A program made the position numbers and the translations under genes. Below, piece by piece: positions 62,739 to 64,000 of a stretch of DNA of 64,000 nt (position 1 is its first letter; each line of letters opens with the position of its first letter). The DNA lies in NCBI GenBank assembly GCA_963830165.1, contig CAWHKZ010000004.1, positions 37,722-101,721 of the forward strand, read 5' to 3'. The notes below the pieces were generated by a model. That model was not told the DNA's origin, made no database searches, and worked only from the letters and a program-made list of their open reading frames with translations. This DNA comes from an uncultured Acidimicrobiaceae bacterium (GTDB lineage Bacteria; Actinomycetota; Acidimicrobiia; Acidimicrobiales; RAAP-2).

Positions 62739-63185
62739 ATGCCCCTGACTGGTGAGTACGAGCCGAGTTCGCAACAGTGGGTCCGGGACCAGGTGGCCCT
62801 CTACGAGTCGTCCGGAGGGAGGGAGGGCACCACCCTCCTCGACACCGGCATGCCCGTGGTGATCGTGACCAACCGGGGTGTCCACTCGGGCAAGCTGCGC
62901 AAGACCCCGCTCATGAGGGTCGAGTTCGACGGGATCTACGCCATCGTCGCCTCCCAGGGTGGCGCCCCGGCCCACCCCGCCTGGTACACCAACCTGGTGG
63001 CGGATCCCCACGTCGAGCTCCAGGACGGTCCCGACCGGTCGGACCGCATCGCCCGGGAGGTCTTCACGGACGAGCGGGAGCTCTGGTGGGAGCGGGCCGT
63101 GGCGGCCTACCCGCCCTATGCCGAGTACCAGGAGAAGACCGAACGGGTCATCCCGGTCCTGGTGCTCGAGCCGCCCGGGGGCTGA
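62739..63185 (+). CDS. Deazaflavin (F420H2)-dependent nitroreductase family protein (Ddn-like)
   Basis: [57 protein letters not shown]...[30 protein letters not shown] is the Ddn/Rv3547-family pattern. Internal Met of ORF 62649..63185. Confidence 0.85.
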   Translation: MPLTGEYEPSSQQWVRDQVALYESSGGREGTTLLDTGMPVVIVTNRGVHSGKLRKTPLMRVEFDGIYAIVASQGGAPAHPAWYTNLVADPHVELQDGPDRSDRIAREVFTDERELWWERAVAAYPPYAEYQEKTERVIPVLVLEPPGG

Positions 63186-63236
63186 ACCCGCCGGTCGACG
63201 TCCGGGCGGGCGGGACGGTCCGGCCGCGGCGCGGGT

Positions 63237-64000
63237 TCAGGCGGGCTTGCGGGCGAGGAAGGCCAGCAGGTAGCAGTTGGCCGCGTCGTGGTAGACGCCG
63301 TAGTTGGCCGCCAGGGCGGCCACGTCGTAGCGCCCGGCGGCGGCGGCCGGCCCGCCCCAGTTGAGGCCGCGGATCGTCTCGATCTCGAACCCGGCGGCCA
63401 GCACCTTGTCCCGCAGCTGCTCGAGCGTGTACTCGACGTCGTGGTCGGGATCGATGAACTCCTCCTGCTGCATGCGACACAGCCGCCCGTTGGGCGTGTC
63501 GATGGCCAGGTAGCCCCCGGGTCGCAGCGCCCGGAAGGCGCCGGCCAGCACCTCGTCGCCGGCCGACTCGGGGACGTGCTCGATCGACTGGCCGCTGTAG
63601 ACCAGGTCGACGGAGTCCGGCTCGGCGAAGGTCAGGTCCACCATCGACCGGTACTCGTAGCGCACCCGGCCGCGGTCGGTGTCGTCGTCCTTCCAGCGGT
63701 CGGACTTGTAGAGCTGGTGGCGGTCGTCGGGCGGCAGGTCGACGATGACCAGGTCCTCGAAGTCGTAGGGGTAGCCGAGTGCCACCAGGGCGCCCCGGCC
63801 GTCGGAGGTGTGGCCCCCGCCGACGTCGATGATCCGGCGGGCCGGTGGCAGCCCCATGATGAACTCGCACCGGCTTGCGTGCAGCGAGCCGTGCAGGCCG
63901 GACGGCCCGGGTCGGGCGACCACACGGAACTCGTCGGAGGTCCGGATCCTGTCGACCATCTCCTCGTAGGAGATCAGATGGTCCGTGAGGGCACCGTTGT
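63237..64000 (-). CDS. Class I SAM-dependent methyltransferase (the 5' end may lie beyond the window)
   Basis: IIDVGGG..., LVYSGQSIEHV and LRPGGYLAIDTPN are present. ORF 63237..63959 starts at a Met, but the frame stays open to position 64000 (…NGALTDHLISYEEMVDRIR). Confidence 0.75.
   Translation of the reverse strand, partial: NGALTDHLISYEEMVDRIRTSDEFRVVARPGPSGLHGSLHASRCEFIMGLPPARRIIDVGGGHTSDGRGALVALGYPYDFEDLVIVDLPPDDRHQLYKSDRWKDDDTDRGRVRYEYRSMVDLTFAEPDSVDLVYSGQSIEHVPESAGDEVLAGAFRALRPGGYLAIDTPNGRLCRMQQEEFIDPDHDVEYTLEQLRDKVLAAGFEIETIRGLNWGGPAAAAGRYDVAALAANYGVYHDAANCYLLAFLARKPA

Noticed and set aside
1-64000. Looked for CRISPR arrays, rRNA genes, IS elements with inverted repeats, and complete prophage or integrative elements.
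   Set aside because: I saw no regularly spaced 25-40-bp direct repeats, no rRNA-like stretches and no transposase ORFs. The only recombinase trace is the integrase N-terminal fragment at 41750-42022.

Overview
This is a high-GC (by eye about 70% or more), gene-dense, actinobacterial-type chromosomal segment. All family assignments come from reading the translated ORF track and recognising motifs; I ran no searches. From left to right the window contains eight blocks.
(1) 0-6.3 kb holds a redox and F420-type neighbourhood: mscL, a nitroreductase, two LLM oxidoreductases, a peroxiredoxin and a thioesterase. Four genes here carry reading-frame breaks.
(2) 6.3-13.6 kb holds an ECF sigma/anti-sigma pair, a divergent FN3-FN3 lipoprotein, a secreted 7-repeat Cys-pair protein, and an ERCC4(XPF-type) nuclease fused to an Lsr2-type DNA-binding tail.
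(3) 13.7-26.5 kb is a 13-kb molybdenum block. It contains modABC, a MerR-HTH/TOBE regulator, moaC-moaD-moaA-moeA-moaE-mog, mobA, a CBS-fused fdhD and a YdeP/FdhF-type molybdoenzyme. Most genes are chained by ATGA/GTGA start-stop overlaps.
(4) 27-34.7 kb holds an aquaporin, a class B PBP, a processive GT2 synthase, an SDR and a GH15.
(5) About 34.7-42.9 kb is a visibly lower-GC stretch. It ends at tRNA-Val(GAC) with an integrase N-terminal fragment, a truncated DUF1778 antitoxin remnant and an intact GNAT toxin.
(6) 43-51.6 kb holds housekeeping-type genes, including tRNA-Cys, an orphan glnD and an L,D-transpeptidase.
(7) 51.6-62.5 kb is an ~11-kb same-strand glycan assembly and ABC-export operon. 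It has five GT4 genes in two paralog types, Wzm, Wzt with a C-terminal extension, and two coiled-coil methyltransferase-fold proteins. A catalytically intact clpP is translationally coupled to wzm.
(8) The right end holds tRNA-Leu(TAG), a deazaflavin-dependent nitroreductase and a SAM methyltransferase that runs off the edge.
I saw no rRNA, no CRISPR array and no complete mobile element. Eight single-nucleotide-type frame breaks are visible. All five genes for which net length can be computed come out at net +1, so assembly indels are a serious alternative to real pseudogenes. The most interesting items are the embedded clpP, the ERCC4-Lsr2 fusion, the WbdD-like duplicated terminator candidates and the toxin with a decapitated antitoxin.
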